A DNA stretch of 64,000 nt, taken from the NCBI GenBank assembly GCA_027492205.1, contig JAOZFN010000007.1:283278-347277 (forward strand). Reading direction: 5' to 3'. Below are positions 1 through 9,815 of the stretch, one piece after another. A program made the position numbers and the translations under genes. Position 1 is the stretch's first letter, and each line of letters opens with the position of its first letter. The notes beneath the pieces are model-generated. The model had not been told where the DNA came from, did not search any database, and saw nothing but the letters and a program-made list of their open reading frames with translations. This stretch comes from Thermoproteota archaeon. Lineage in GTDB: Archaea > Korarchaeota > Korarchaeia > Korarchaeales > Korarchaeaceae.

Positions 1-1300
1 CGCGCGGAAAGGTGGACAGGTAGTTCAGCGCGGCCCTCCAGGCCTCCTCGTAGGGGACCGCCCGGGCTATCTTGGAGGCGATCTGCCTGTCGTAGTCCTC
101 CGGCCTCTGGACCTGGTCTCCTATCTCGAAGTAGCCGTCCTCGGAGAGGTAGGCCACCTCGTCCCCCAGGGCCTCGAACCTGGGTCTCTCGGCCTCCTCC
201 GCCTCCAGCAGGGTCTTCTGCCTGGGCGACGTCGGCCTGGGCCTCCGCACCCTGCCGCCGGTCCTCTTCGCCCAGGCGTAGAATATCGCCCTGTTCAGGC
301 CGAAGGACTTGGCCCTCTCCAGGTCCCCCCTGAGGAGGTAGTACCTGGCCGCCTGGAGGAGCCCCATGACCTGGAACCTGCCGATCTTCCTGGCCCTCGT
401 CCCGGTCGATGGGGCGCTCGGCCTCCTGGCCGGGGTCCTGGCGAGGGGGGCGCCCACCCTGGTCCTGACCTCGCCAGAGGCCTTTGCGGTGAAGTACCCT
501 CCCACCTCCCCCAGCGCGCGCCTGGCCAGCTCGTCGGCCTCGCCCACCTCGTGCTCCCTCCAGTCTGGGTTGTGCCTGAACCCGTCGGGCCTCAGCCAGT
601 CCAAGTCGAAGTCGTCGATCTCGTCGGGCCTGAAGCAGACCGCGACGACGTCGAGCTCCCTGTGGAGCGAGAGCGGGACCGTGAAGACCCTCTTCATGTC
701 CATGTCGTTCTCCACGGCCAGAGCCCGCCGACCCCGAGGCGCCTCGCTGGCCAGCTCGGCCACGCGGTCCTCTATCCCCCTGATCACGTACTCCACCACC
801 GCGTAGGCCAGGTCGAGCGGGTGGTGCTCCGACCTCAGCTCCGGCGAGAACGCCTCCTCGTGGAGGTGGACGTGGCAGCCTCTGCCGGACCACTTGAGGT
901 AGACCGACTTCACGACGCCGGCCCGCTCGAGCTCCTCGACTATCAGCCTGGCGGCCTCGAGGGTCTGCTTCCAGCCCTCGAGCTCGTTGTCTATGTCCCA
1001 GACTGCCGTGGTCGCCGAGACGTTTTCGGGCTTGTCCACATCAAACCGGGAGGCCAGCCGAGAGTAGAGGTTGGCCGTAGCGTAGATGGCCCTGGGCCTG
1101 GCGAAGGCGAACCTCCTTATGACGGCCGGGACGTCGCCGGGAGAGCCTATGGCGAGGGGCTCATCGCCCCGGTACCTGAAGAACGTCCTCCTGCCGCCCC
1201 TGGCTCCGCCCTCGACCGCCACCCACCTGGAACGCGCGTAATCAGCGATCTCCGTCGAGACATCCTCGCGGGAGTAGTGGGTCAGGGGATCGGCCGCCAA
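1..1300 (-). CDS. Archaeo-eukaryotic primase (AEP)-superfamily protein with extra C-terminal domain; runs off the window edge
   Basis: Manual translation from TTG at 1300 (absent from the ORF track because it has no stop in the window): AEP motif I 'VWDIDN', motif II 'KWSGRGCHVHL', motif III-like 'RVFTVPLSLH'; C-terminal region 'GRFQVMGLLQAARYYLL...SFGLNRAIFYAWAK'. Confidence 0.8.
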   Translation of the reverse strand, partial: MAADPLTHYSREDVSTEIADYARSRWVAVEGGARGGRRTFFRYRGDEPLAIGSPGDVPAVIRRFAFARPRAIYATANLYSRLASRFDVDKPENVSATTAVWDIDNELEGWKQTLEAARLIVEELERAGVVKSVYLKWSGRGCHVHLHEEAFSPELRSEHHPLDLAYAVVEYVIRGIEDRVAELASEAPRGRRALAVENDMDMKRVFTVPLSLHRELDVVAVCFRPDEIDDFDLDWLRPDGFRHNPDWREHEVGEADELARRALGEVGGYFTAKASGEVRTRVGAPLARTPARRPSAPSTGTRARKIGRFQVMGLLQAARYYLLRGDLERAKSFGLNRAIFYAWAKRTGGRVRRPRPTSPRQKTLLEAEEAERPRFEALGDEVAYLSEDGYFEIGDQVQRPEDYDRQIASKIARAVPYEEAWRAALNYLSTFPR

Positions 1301-1830
1301 CCCTGCCGCCCTAAACTAACGGCCGTGACCTCTGGAAAAAGGTTCTGTGCTTTATATCTAGAGGGCGGGCCTGGGTCGGAGTTGCCTTATTGAGGATCAA
1401 TCTCGGCGAGGTTGTCTACGTGCGCTCCGAGGGGTTCTCCAGAGGGCGCAGCTCTTCGGCTTGAGAGTTCCATGCTCCAATGCCATGGTCTCGAAGAGGG
1501 TCTGGAGCGACGGCGATCCTCGCCGCGCCGGCGGGGTTGTTGGCGGATGAGTCGACTCGGCTCGTGAGGAGGGATCGCCGGAGTGGAGGGGCCTCGGGGG
1601 GAGGAATGGGCTGTTCGCCAAGACCCTCCACGCGAACTGCGTCGGAATAGAGGAGGGCCTCGGATCCTCAGATGTGGGGCTCGTGAGCGGCTCCCTGCCC
1701 CCTCCTGAGCGGGGCCCCGGGTATAGGCTAATCCGTCGCCTCCTCCATTGGGGCCGTGAGGGAGGAGCCCGACGCAGACTGAGGCCTCTGGGGCCGAAGG
1801 AATATTTGCAAGCCGCGAGGCGGGCTCGCG

Positions 1831-2394
1831 ATGACCTGGGACGAGGCCGTCTCCCTGGCGCTGTCGCCCACCACCTTCTCCGCGATCGTGGTGGCGGCGC
1901 TCTCTCTTAGACTCGAACTCCCACCCACAGAGGTCGCCGCAGCTTTCGCATTCCTAGTGCTGGGTCCGGTCGTTCCGGTCCTCGCCTTGGCCCGCTCCGG
2001 GGCAGCCGACATATTCGTCAGCGACCGCGCGACGAGGACGCCCCTTCTGGTCCTCGCGGTCGCGAGCTACGCGGCGGGATTCCTCTACTTCCGACATCTG
2101 GGTGTGAGGGAGGTCGAGTTCGCCTTCCTGGCCTACGCCCTCGTGACTTCGGGGATGACCCTCGTAAACGAGCTTCACACGAAGGGGAGCATACACGTCG
2201 CGGGCGTCGTGGGGCCGGGGCTCACCCTTCTCCTGCTGGGTGACTGGGTCGGCGCGGCGGTGCTCGCGACGGCCCCGGCGGTCGGGTGGGTCAGGCTGAG
2301 GATGGGCGCCCACAGCCCCTCTCAGGTGCTGATAGGCGCGCTGGCGGCGCTGATCCTCACCCCGGCAGCCTACGCAGTGCTCTGGCTCGCCTGA
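1831..2394 (+). CDS. PAP2-superfamily integral membrane protein
   Basis: Several TM segments; 'KGSIHVAG' and 'RLRMGAHSPSQV' resemble PAP2 C2/C3 motifs; TATA-like ATATTT about 25 nt upstream. Confidence 0.7.
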   Translation: MTWDEAVSLALSPTTFSAIVVAALSLRLELPPTEVAAAFAFLVLGPVVPVLALARSGAADIFVSDRATRTPLLVLAVASYAAGFLYFRHLGVREVEFAFLAYALVTSGMTLVNELHTKGSIHVAGVVGPGLTLLLLGDWVGAAVLATAPAVGWVRLRMGAHSPSQVLIGALAALILTPAAYAVLWLA

Positions 2395-2436
2395 GGCGGG
2401 CCGCGGCGCGGCGGATGCCGTCGCCCGCTGACTCCC

Positions 2437-3531
2437 TTAGGAGCTGATGAGGCGCTGGATTACTTCCTCCGCTCTCTGCGCCTCCCTACCGAAGATCCCG
2501 TCAACGGCCACGACCCTTCTGGCGCCGTCGCGCTCGGCCACGGCGTAGTAGTGCGGGAGGAAGATCATTCTGGGCCCGGTCGCCTCGACTCCCAGGAGCA
2601 GCTCTAGCCTCAGGGCCGCCTCACCCACGGACATCCTGGGCTCCAAGAGTCTCTCCCTAGGCCTGCCCCTCTTCGCCCCCACCCTGAGGAGGGAGATCGA
2701 CCCGTCCACCTTCGGGGGGCTGAACCCCAGGGACACTCTCTCGACCTCCGAGTCGTCCACGAGCTTTCTGCCAGCCAGGGTTCTGACGGTAGCGTCCACG
2801 GTATCGAAGTCGAGCCCCAACGAGGCCGCCAGATCCTCAATGAGGGCCGGACCAGCCCTGAGCCCAGAGAGGACCGTCAGCTCAGTGTCCGTCAGGTCCT
2901 CGGGCAGGACGAGCCTCTGAACCTCCCCCTCCCTGAAGATCAGGAGATCGCCGGTCAGGGCGTCAACCGCCGCGAAACCCTCGAGCGACCTTACCGAGAA
3001 CTCGTAGACCGGGAGGTAAATCAGCGCCACCCTCGAAGCCAGCTTCTCCTTCTTACCCACCAAGGGCCTCCTCAAGAGGCCCTGAATTCTCTCCACGGCC
3101 CTCGTGAGCCTGAGCCTCGGGGGTAGGTGGTAGATCCTCAACTCGTGAGGGTACACTCCCGCCCTCGGCAGATCCCTGGTGAGCTCCTCCACCTTTGGGC
3201 CGTCCCAGAGCAGGACCCTCTTTCCTGCGACCTCCATGGCCTCGGGTGTGAACCAGGACGCGGTGGCGAGCACGCCCTTGTCCAGCTCCAAGTCGTCCAG
3301 GATCTGGGTAAACTCATAGACCTCGTCGGCACCAACCGGCTCCCTCCTGTCGAGGCACATGACCGCAATCCGGGAGGTGTGGAGGGGCGCCCTGTACTCT
3401 GCGTAGGCGTGGATCGTGTGCGCGCGTCCTGACCTGCCCTCCATGGTCACGTCGGGGCGGACGCGGTAACCCCTAGACTTGAGGAGCCTGATTATTCTCT
3501 CCTTAAGTGGGAGTCGCCCGTCAGAGGGCAA
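2437..3531 (-). CDS. Mrr-like restriction-endonuclease-fold protein with a winged-helix region; catalytic residues look degenerate
   Basis: N-terminal 'GRSGRAHTIHAYAE...IAVMCLD...VGADEV...GVLATASWFTPEA' follows the Mrr_cat layout; HTH-like 'LIEDLAASLGLDFDTVDATVRTLAGRKLV'. Confidence 0.65.
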   Translation of the reverse strand: MPSDGRLPLKERIIRLLKSRGYRVRPDVTMEGRSGRAHTIHAYAEYRAPLHTSRIAVMCLDRREPVGADEVYEFTQILDDLELDKGVLATASWFTPEAMEVAGKRVLLWDGPKVEELTRDLPRAGVYPHELRIYHLPPRLRLTRAVERIQGLLRRPLVGKKEKLASRVALIYLPVYEFSVRSLEGFAAVDALTGDLLIFREGEVQRLVLPEDLTDTELTVLSGLRAGPALIEDLAASLGLDFDTVDATVRTLAGRKLVDDSEVERVSLGFSPPKVDGSISLLRVGAKRGRPRERLLEPRMSVGEAALRLELLLGVEATGPRMIFLPHYYAVAERDGARRVVAVDGIFGREAQRAEEVIQRLISS

Positions 3532-3863
3532 TTCGTGACCCTCTGAGCAGAATATGATAAAAGGGAGATCCGACCATCGCCGGTTCGGCTGTTGCCCGGG
3601 TGGAATCGTCTCCCCAAGATGCTTCTTGGTGTAGAGGATGCTTGTGGGAGCCTAAAGTCCTCCCCCCGGTAGCGTGACTCGGAGTACTGCGAAGTAAGCG
3701 GATTCTGCGTGGGCCTGATGCCCGTCGGGACCTCCGAGAGGCCGGGACATGATGGCGTGAAAGGGGGGATACGACGGTCATGCCGCAGATGGGAGCTACG
3801 GCCACATTGACATGTCTGATGGCACTGCCTTGATCTTCGCCCAGGCTGAGGCTCTGATCTACG

Positions 3864-5151
3864 ATGGGGATGAGGCGAGGAGGGTTTGTGAAGGCGGACG
3901 CCTACCTCTATCCCCTCACATTAGTGGGGGACTTCGAGTCTAGGTTCTCCGAGGATGTCGAGCACAGGGTCGCCATTGACGCCCTCAGGGAGGCTCCGAA
4001 GGGAGGTTACCCGCTGCTCGACGGCTCCGTCATAGCCAGACAGATCAACGCCGCCATCGGCTTCGAGAGGCATGGGGTGTTCGCGGCGCGCCATGCTATG
4101 AACCTCTACAGTCTGATAGAGGAGGCCAGGAGGAACTACAGGGTAGCAGCGGTGTCGAAGGGCAGCAAGACCAGGGTCTACACGACGGCCCTGATAGATA
4201 GGGCGGCCAAGGAGATAGAGCCCAGAGATGTGAGGGAGGAGGCGATAATCTCCAACCTCCTCGGGAGGAGGTACATGGGAGCCTACAAGTTGCTGGAGGG
4301 GATCAAGGAGGAGGGCAGGGCGGTCAGTCCCGAGCTGGAGAGGCTCGTGTACGAGGAGATGGGGGGGCTCACGGATGTGAGGCTGATAGCCAGCTCGGGC
4401 GTGATGCCGCCCGGCAGGACCGAGGTCCTGAAGGTCGGTCCATACGTCGCTACTGCCTACAAGATAATGGAGAGGCTCTCCGGGAATCCCAAGGCTGCAA
4501 AGGAGCAAGTGCTCGAATCAGGGGTAACCCACCTGGAGCTGTCTAGGGGGGTGATAAGCAGGGCTCAGGCGGAAGGCCTCGCCATATCTGGAACGGAGAC
4601 GCTGTTCAGGCTGCCGCCCTGTGCCCTGACCTACGTCTAGTTCAGGGGGGACGACGATCCCCTGAAGGTGGACGTCCCCCTCGAGGGACGCTGGGTGGAT
4701 GTGGGACAGGAGCTGGAGTTCATTGAGGACCCCGATTTCCTTCCCGGGGTTCTGGGGATCCTCCACTACGGACGCTGGGCCTAGAAACCACAGCGTCTGG
4801 CTGGAGGTCGTCGATGTGTACGAATCCACCATCGACAAGTCTTTTTTATATCGTCGATCTATTTATAAGGTAACGTCCCTCCAACTCATCGAGGGGATTG
4901 GGATAAGCGAGAGGGGCGGTAAGTCACACTCCTTAGAGCTCCCCGCGACCAAAACCATCGTTGGGAGGAGCGGGAAGGAGCTGGCAGAGGAGGCGAAGAG
5001 GTACGGAGTTAGTGTAGCTTGGATAGCCTCTAGCTTCAAGAGGAGGCCTGAGGAGGTTGACCACGTTGACGAGGATTCAGTCATCAGGTTAGAGGCCGAT
5101 AGCCTGTCGGACATAGTCAGGTTCCTCGAGGGGATAAGGGAGGATGGTTAG
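3864..5151 (+). pseudogene. Hypothetical protein, apparently split by an in-frame TAG (4638-4640) and a frameshift near 4770
   Basis: ORF 3864..4640 reads on past the TAG with protein-like codons for 47 more residues; the overlapping frame 4699..5151 then overlaps the start of the next gene. Confidence 0.45.
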
Positions 5152-6082
5152 CGTCTATGTCCTCTCCCTATTTTTCGGCAAGAGCGACCAGGAATCCCTG
5201 GTCCGCAACTTCCTGAGGGCCCTATCCGAGAGCATGCCAGACCACGTTAGTCAGGGAAAGCTGGACGTGAAGCTGGGCTTCTCAGGGGGCCCTCTTATGG
5301 GTGGGATCGTATTCGACTCCTGGGATCTCTCCAAGGAATACCCGACCATGGAGGTCGACAGGGTTTTGATCCCAGTGGAGACGCCAGTCAGGGTCCACAG
5401 GTCCCATAAGGGCGACGCGATAAGGTTCTGGCTGGACTGGTACAGGGAGTTCGGGGATAAGGACAGCGTCGCCATATACGTAGACGGCGAGGGCATATCG
5501 CCGAGGCAGGTCTGGAAGCACCTGGAGAGCCTACCTAGGGGAGGGGCGACCCTCTCCCTCAGGACCAATCCAGACTGGGGGATAGGGGAAGAGAGGAAGC
5601 TGGCGGAGATGTTCGAGCTCTGGCTAGTGGGGAGGATATTCGGGATAGATCCACCGCCTGACGGCCAGTGCGGCCTGTGGGCCCTTTCCTGGGAGGCAGT
5701 CCACGCCGTGAACCTGAGCTCCAGGACCTTCGAGGTGGAACTCGACCTGCTTACGGAGCTTCTCATAAACAGGGTGCCCCTGAGGTTCATAAGCGTTGAG
5801 GTGGAGCCATTAGGGGAGACCACGTTTAGAAAGAGGGATCACAGAAGGAAGCTCCTCTTCCTCGCGGCGAAGTTCAAGCTGAGCCCTGAAGCTTTAGTGG
5901 AGGAGCTCGAGTCGTTTAGGAGGGGCCTCGGTGGATCGTTAAGCGAAATCGAGGAAGCTGTAAGGGAGGTGTCATCTCTCATAAAGAAGGTTCCGAACTA
6001 TCGATCCATCTACAGGAGAGTTCCCCCTATCTACGAGGGGACGGCCAACATCCTGGGGGGTTGGAGGCCACCGCCCTCCTGA
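5144..6082 (+). CDS. Divergent GT-A/GT2-like glycosyltransferase
   Basis: 'AIYVDGEG' (DxD-like) and 'PDGQCGLWAL...TFEVELDLL' resemble DPM1/GT2 C-terminal motifs. Confidence 0.55.
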   Translation: MVSVYVLSLFFGKSDQESLVRNFLRALSESMPDHVSQGKLDVKLGFSGGPLMGGIVFDSWDLSKEYPTMEVDRVLIPVETPVRVHRSHKGDAIRFWLDWYREFGDKDSVAIYVDGEGISPRQVWKHLESLPRGGATLSLRTNPDWGIGEERKLAEMFELWLVGRIFGIDPPPDGQCGLWALSWEAVHAVNLSSRTFEVELDLLTELLINRVPLRFISVEVEPLGETTFRKRDHRRKLLFLAAKFKLSPEALVEELESFRRGLGGSLSEIEEAVREVSSLIKKVPNYRSIYRRVPPIYEGTANILGGWRPPPS

Positions 6083-6166
6083 CCTCCCAGCTCTCGTCCT
6101 CAGCGAGCTTAGCCAGCAACTCAGGGGGCGTGCTGGGGTTACTGGCAACTGCCTCCCTGACCGACC

Positions 6167-6312
6167 GGATGGGCTGCTACATAAGATGAAACAAATCGCG
6201 CGCGCCTCGGATGGGGGGTCCCGGAGATCATGTAGGCCAGGATGGGCTGCTACATAAGATGAAACAAATCGCGCGCGCCTCGGATGGGGGGTCCCGGAGA
6301 TCATGTAGGCCA
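6167..6312. repeat. Perfect 73-bp tandem duplication (2 copies)
   Basis: ggatgggctgctacataagatgaaacaaatcgcgcgcgcctcggatggggggtcccggagatcatgtaggcca at 6167-6239 and 6240-6312. Confidence 0.95.
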
Positions 6313-6656
6313 AGGCTATGCCCCCCTCGTCTTTCTCGGCCCTCTCCCCCCTGATTCTCCTGAACTCCCTGGCAATCGGGCTGCCCCTCCTGGTGAGGAC
6401 CAAGACCTGCAACCTCCTGAGTCGTCCGAGCGCCAGCCCTCCAACGGCTATTTCGTAGCGCCCCGTCGCGCGCGGCCGCCCGCAGCAGGTTCGGGTCCCG
6501 CTGGGAGGTCGGCTCCTGGCCGGAATCTCCGATCGGATCTCGGCAATGGGGTGAGGGAATCCCCTCCCGGGAAGTTGGTCATCGGAAGCTGGGGCCCTGC
6601 TCGCCCGAGCGGCCCAGGCGCGACTCATTCATTTATATTCTCTCTTTAATGCTACC

Positions 6657-7409
6657 TTGGATGGAGAGGTTCCCGTCTTGACCATTTCTCCCGTAAAGCT
6701 GATTGTCATTTTCCTGATAGTTGCGACATCGACCCTCTCCCCCTATGTCGTGTCGAGTCGGGCCGCTTCGGGTCGCCTCTGGCTCCCTCCTGGTGGATCG
6801 GGCCGGGCGGAGATTTTGGTAACTGGAACCGAAGATCTCGTTGGAGAGGTTATCCTGACCGTAGAGGCTCCGGAGTTCATCTCCTGCGGTCCCAGCCCCG
6901 AGGCCGTGTGGCTGACCCCGGGGGCCAGCGCCAGCGCTAACCTCACCGTCTCTGCGAAGGGTGACGCTCCGGTCGGGGAGTACGAGGTGGTCGTCCCCGC
7001 CTGCGCGGGGGAGACGTGCTCGCGGGCAGCCGTGCCCGTCGCTATCGGGGAGCTGAACGTGACCCTATCCCAGGTGGGCCCCCAGCTGAAGGTCGGAGAG
7101 GTGCAACGCTCAGAGCGTCAGTCGAGTCTGTGGGACCTTCCCCCGAGTTCGCCAGCGCCTCGTCAGCTCTCCCTGCGCCGACGTGACCCCCGACGCGGTG
7201 ACGGGGGCCCTCCCTTCAACGTCGAGCTTTCTGCCACGGCGGACCTGGCTGTAGAGTGCGTAGTTGAGGTCTCGGCCGCGGCTGGAGGCGCGGCCTGGTT
7301 CGCAGAACTCGCCGTTGAGTTCCTGCCCCTGGGAACGTTCAAACTCGTCGATGTGAGCCTCCCACCCTCGCTCCCGCTTGGAGACGACCTGGCCGTGAGG
7401 GGTCGGTGA
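6657..7409 (+). CDS. Secreted Ig-like/beta-sandwich protein, possibly truncated
   Basis: Signal-peptide-like N-terminus; 'LTPGASASANLTVSAKGDAPVGEYEVVV' typical of NEW3/CARDB-like domains; the middle looks frameshifted. Confidence 0.45.
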   Translation: MDGEVPVLTISPVKLIVIFLIVATSTLSPYVVSSRAASGRLWLPPGGSGRAEILVTGTEDLVGEVILTVEAPEFISCGPSPEAVWLTPGASASANLTVSAKGDAPVGEYEVVVPACAGETCSRAAVPVAIGELNVTLSQVGPQLKVGEVQRSERQSSLWDLPPSSPAPRQLSLRRRDPRRGDGGPPFNVELSATADLAVECVVEVSAAAGGAAWFAELAVEFLPLGTFKLVDVSLPPSLPLGDDLAVRGR

Positions 7410-7551
7410 CTCGCTCCCGAGCCCACAACGGCGCCCGCGGGCGCGATGAGTCCCCAGCCCGCTGCCCAGCCCTTCCCGATCGAGGAACCGCGGCGGGGGT
7501 CCTGGGAGAGTTCACGCGTTCGGCCTACGGCGGCGGGCCTGGAAATCGCCA

Positions 7552-8325
7552 TTGAAACCGCGGGGAAAGGCCCGCCCCACCGGCGAACGAAGTCGAGGCG
7601 GGCCGCGCATCGCGGGAGGCGGGACCGGCGCCCGGGGGCCGGCCGCGCGGCGGAGACTGGCCAAAGCGCCACTGGGCCGAGAGGGGGCGAACCTTTTTCC
7701 CCTTCCCCCGGTGTGGGGGCGGGGGTGCCGCGAGACGGGCGAGGAGGAGAAGGTTGGCGGGGAGAGGAGGATCAGGGTCTTGAAGATGGACGGGTCTCTG
7801 GAGGACTTCGACCCGTCCAAGATCGAGCGGTCCTGCGTAGCGGCCGGCGCCACGCCAGAGGCCGCCAGGGAGATCGCGGAGGAGGTCGCGTCGAGGGTGA
7901 CCGACGGGACGACCACCAGGGAGATTAGGTCCATGGTCTTGGAGGAGCTCGAGAGGAGGGACCCGCAGTGGGCGGACAACTGGAGGTTCTACGATCGCGT
8001 CGTTAAGGGCAGGATCACCTACGAGGGAGGCAAGTTCGTGGTCGTGGAGAAGGGACACCTCTACCTGGGAAGGGAGGTCCAGGACGTCGGGAAGCCCGGG
8101 CTGGACAGCGCGGAGGAGGTCGCCGGCATACTGAGGGAGCTGGAGGAGGACCTGGAGCACGGGGTCTCCAGGAGGACGATCAACGCCAGGACCAGGGTGC
8201 TGTTCCTGGCCGTGCTCAGGTCGAAGAAGATGAGCAGGGAGGAGAAGCTGAAGGCGATAGGGCTGATCAACGAGTTCAGAGAGAAGCTGGGCTGGAAGCC
8301 CTTCGAGCTGAAGAAGCCGATCTGA
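7552..8325 (+). CDS. ATP-cone domain protein (true start probably about 7710-7790)
   Basis: 'IRVLKMDGSLEDFDPSKIERSCVAAGA...TTTREIRSMVLEEL' is a typical ATP cone; C-terminal domain unrecognised. Confidence 0.8.
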   Translation: MKPRGKARPTGERSRGGPRIAGGGTGARGPAARRRLAKAPLGREGANLFPLPPVWGRGCRETGEEEKVGGERRIRVLKMDGSLEDFDPSKIERSCVAAGATPEAAREIAEEVASRVTDGTTTREIRSMVLEELERRDPQWADNWRFYDRVVKGRITYEGGKFVVVEKGHLYLGREVQDVGKPGLDSAEEVAGILRELEEDLEHGVSRRTINARTRVLFLAVLRSKKMSREEKLKAIGLINEFREKLGWKPFELKKPI

Positions 8326-8657
8326 CCCCCCAACCCGAGCCAGAAGAGGAGCCAATCCCCTATCTTCGACGGGAGGACCTCCCTGATCCCGGGCGTGATC
8401 TTGAGGCCGTGAGCCTCCCAGCGTACCTCGAGACCGCGTCGAGCGGGGCCTCCCTGGCATCGGCGGTGAGGTCGTCGCCACATAATGCACCCGGACTTGG
8501 GCATCGCGACCTCTCTGAACATGCGTTATATCAGGTTGTGCAGGGGGGTGGGGGCCTCTGTGCAGAAGGCATAAGTCCCGTAGACCAAGAAGCCCTAGAA
8601 GGCTTCGCACCCCCTCCGTTGCGAAGCCTCTTGAGACCTAAGACCTAACCCCCATTC

Positions 8658-8942
8658 ATGGGAGCTAATATTATATTTCCCACAAGTGGGTTGTTATTGA
8701 TGTCTACCCACATCGTGGAGATGGATGACAGGGGGAGGGTCCTCATCCCGAAGAGGCTGCGGAAGTCTATGAGGTCTAGGAGATTCCTCCTCACCGTTAG
8801 CGATAGGAGAATAGAGCTCATCCCATTGGATGATCCAAAGGAGGCCTTCAGGAAGTTGAAGGGGTCAAGGCAGCTGCCCTTTGGCTGGAAGGAGGCCAAG
8901 AGAATCGCCGAGAGCTTGGCGAGCGAGGAGGTCACCGATTGA
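8658..8942 (+). CDS. vapB: AbrB/MazE/SpoVT antitoxin (VapB); likely start ATG 8700
   Basis: 'VEMDDRGRVLIPKRLRK'; 4-bp overlap with the PIN gene. Confidence 0.85.
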   Translation: MGANIIFPTSGLLLMSTHIVEMDDRGRVLIPKRLRKSMRSRRFLLTVSDRRIELIPLDDPKEAFRKLKGSRQLPFGWKEAKRIAESLASEEVTD

Positions 8943-9352
8943 TGCCCTTAATCGAGCTGGACGTCCTCCTAGCCTTCATAAATAGATCCGACAAGCATCA
9001 CGAGGTCGCTTCACGCGTTATAGAGGCGTCAATCTCCGATGAGAGCTATTACCTCTCATCGGTAGCCTTGATTGAGATGTCCCTGATCTACAGATCGAGG
9101 TCCATGGAGCTGGAATTGGAGGAAGACCTGAGGCTCCTCCTCTCCCTCTTTGACGGGCGAACGACTCACCTCACCCCCTTGGAGGCGATGAGGGCTGTGT
9201 GGATCAGGAGGAAGTACGGCCTCTCCTTCTTCGACTCCCTGAACGCGGCATCGGCGATGAGTCTGGACTCCACAATCGTGTCGTTCGACGAGGCGTATGA
9301 CGACGTGGAGGGGTTGAGGAGGATCGACCCCGAGGATCTGAGAGCCAAGTGA
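8939..9352 (+). CDS. vapC: PIN-domain toxin VapC
   Basis: 'LIELDVLLA...E...LSFFDSLNAA...IVSFDEAYD'. Confidence 0.88.
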   Translation: MMPLIELDVLLAFINRSDKHHEVASRVIEASISDESYYLSSVALIEMSLIYRSRSMELELEEDLRLLLSLFDGRTTHLTPLEAMRAVWIRRKYGLSFFDSLNAASAMSLDSTIVSFDEAYDDVEGLRRIDPEDLRAK

Positions 9353-9815
9353 CCACCGTGGGGCTCATCCACGTCATACCCTCTCCTGCAATGCCAGTTC
9401 GCGGTCCCGCACAGATCTCACAGGTCTTACCGGATCGTTCAAGCGATCAACAGTCGGGTGTCTGGCTCACGGATCCCTATCCCTAGCCATCCTCCCCTCT
9501 GGCCTCACTTCGAAGCTCTCTGAGAGTCCTCGTCTGCCCCCCAATTATCCTAGCCTCGAGCGTTCCGTGGCTCTACTACCCACCCCCTTGGTATGGTGTC
9601 GCAGTAGCCCCAGCCAGCTCTGCGCAGGAGTTCAGCCCAGAGATACCATGGTCCCTCGATGGCCCCTTCAGCACGTGCGGGAGCGGCGCTAGGGGGAGAA
9701 GACCCGTCACTATTCTGAGTCCCGAGATCAGAGCCGTAATGCGACGAGAACCTGCCTCGTAAGCAAGGACGACATCCTCTTTTGCTCATCTCAACTCAGA
9801 AGGCTCAAAAATCGC

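Noticed and set aside
366-1393. Plus-strand ORFs 366..806 and 551..1393, and similar long antisense ORFs elsewhere (e.g. 7525..8610, 11773..12789, 52129..53058)
   Set aside because: Shadow ORFs of real opposite-strand genes in high-GC DNA
4638-4640. Pyrrolysine read-through of the in-frame TAG
   Set aside because: No pyl genes seen, and the region also needs a frameshift, so decay or sequencing error is simpler
6167-6312. Possible CRISPR array
   Set aside because: Only two contiguous 73-bp copies, no spacers, and no cas genes in the window
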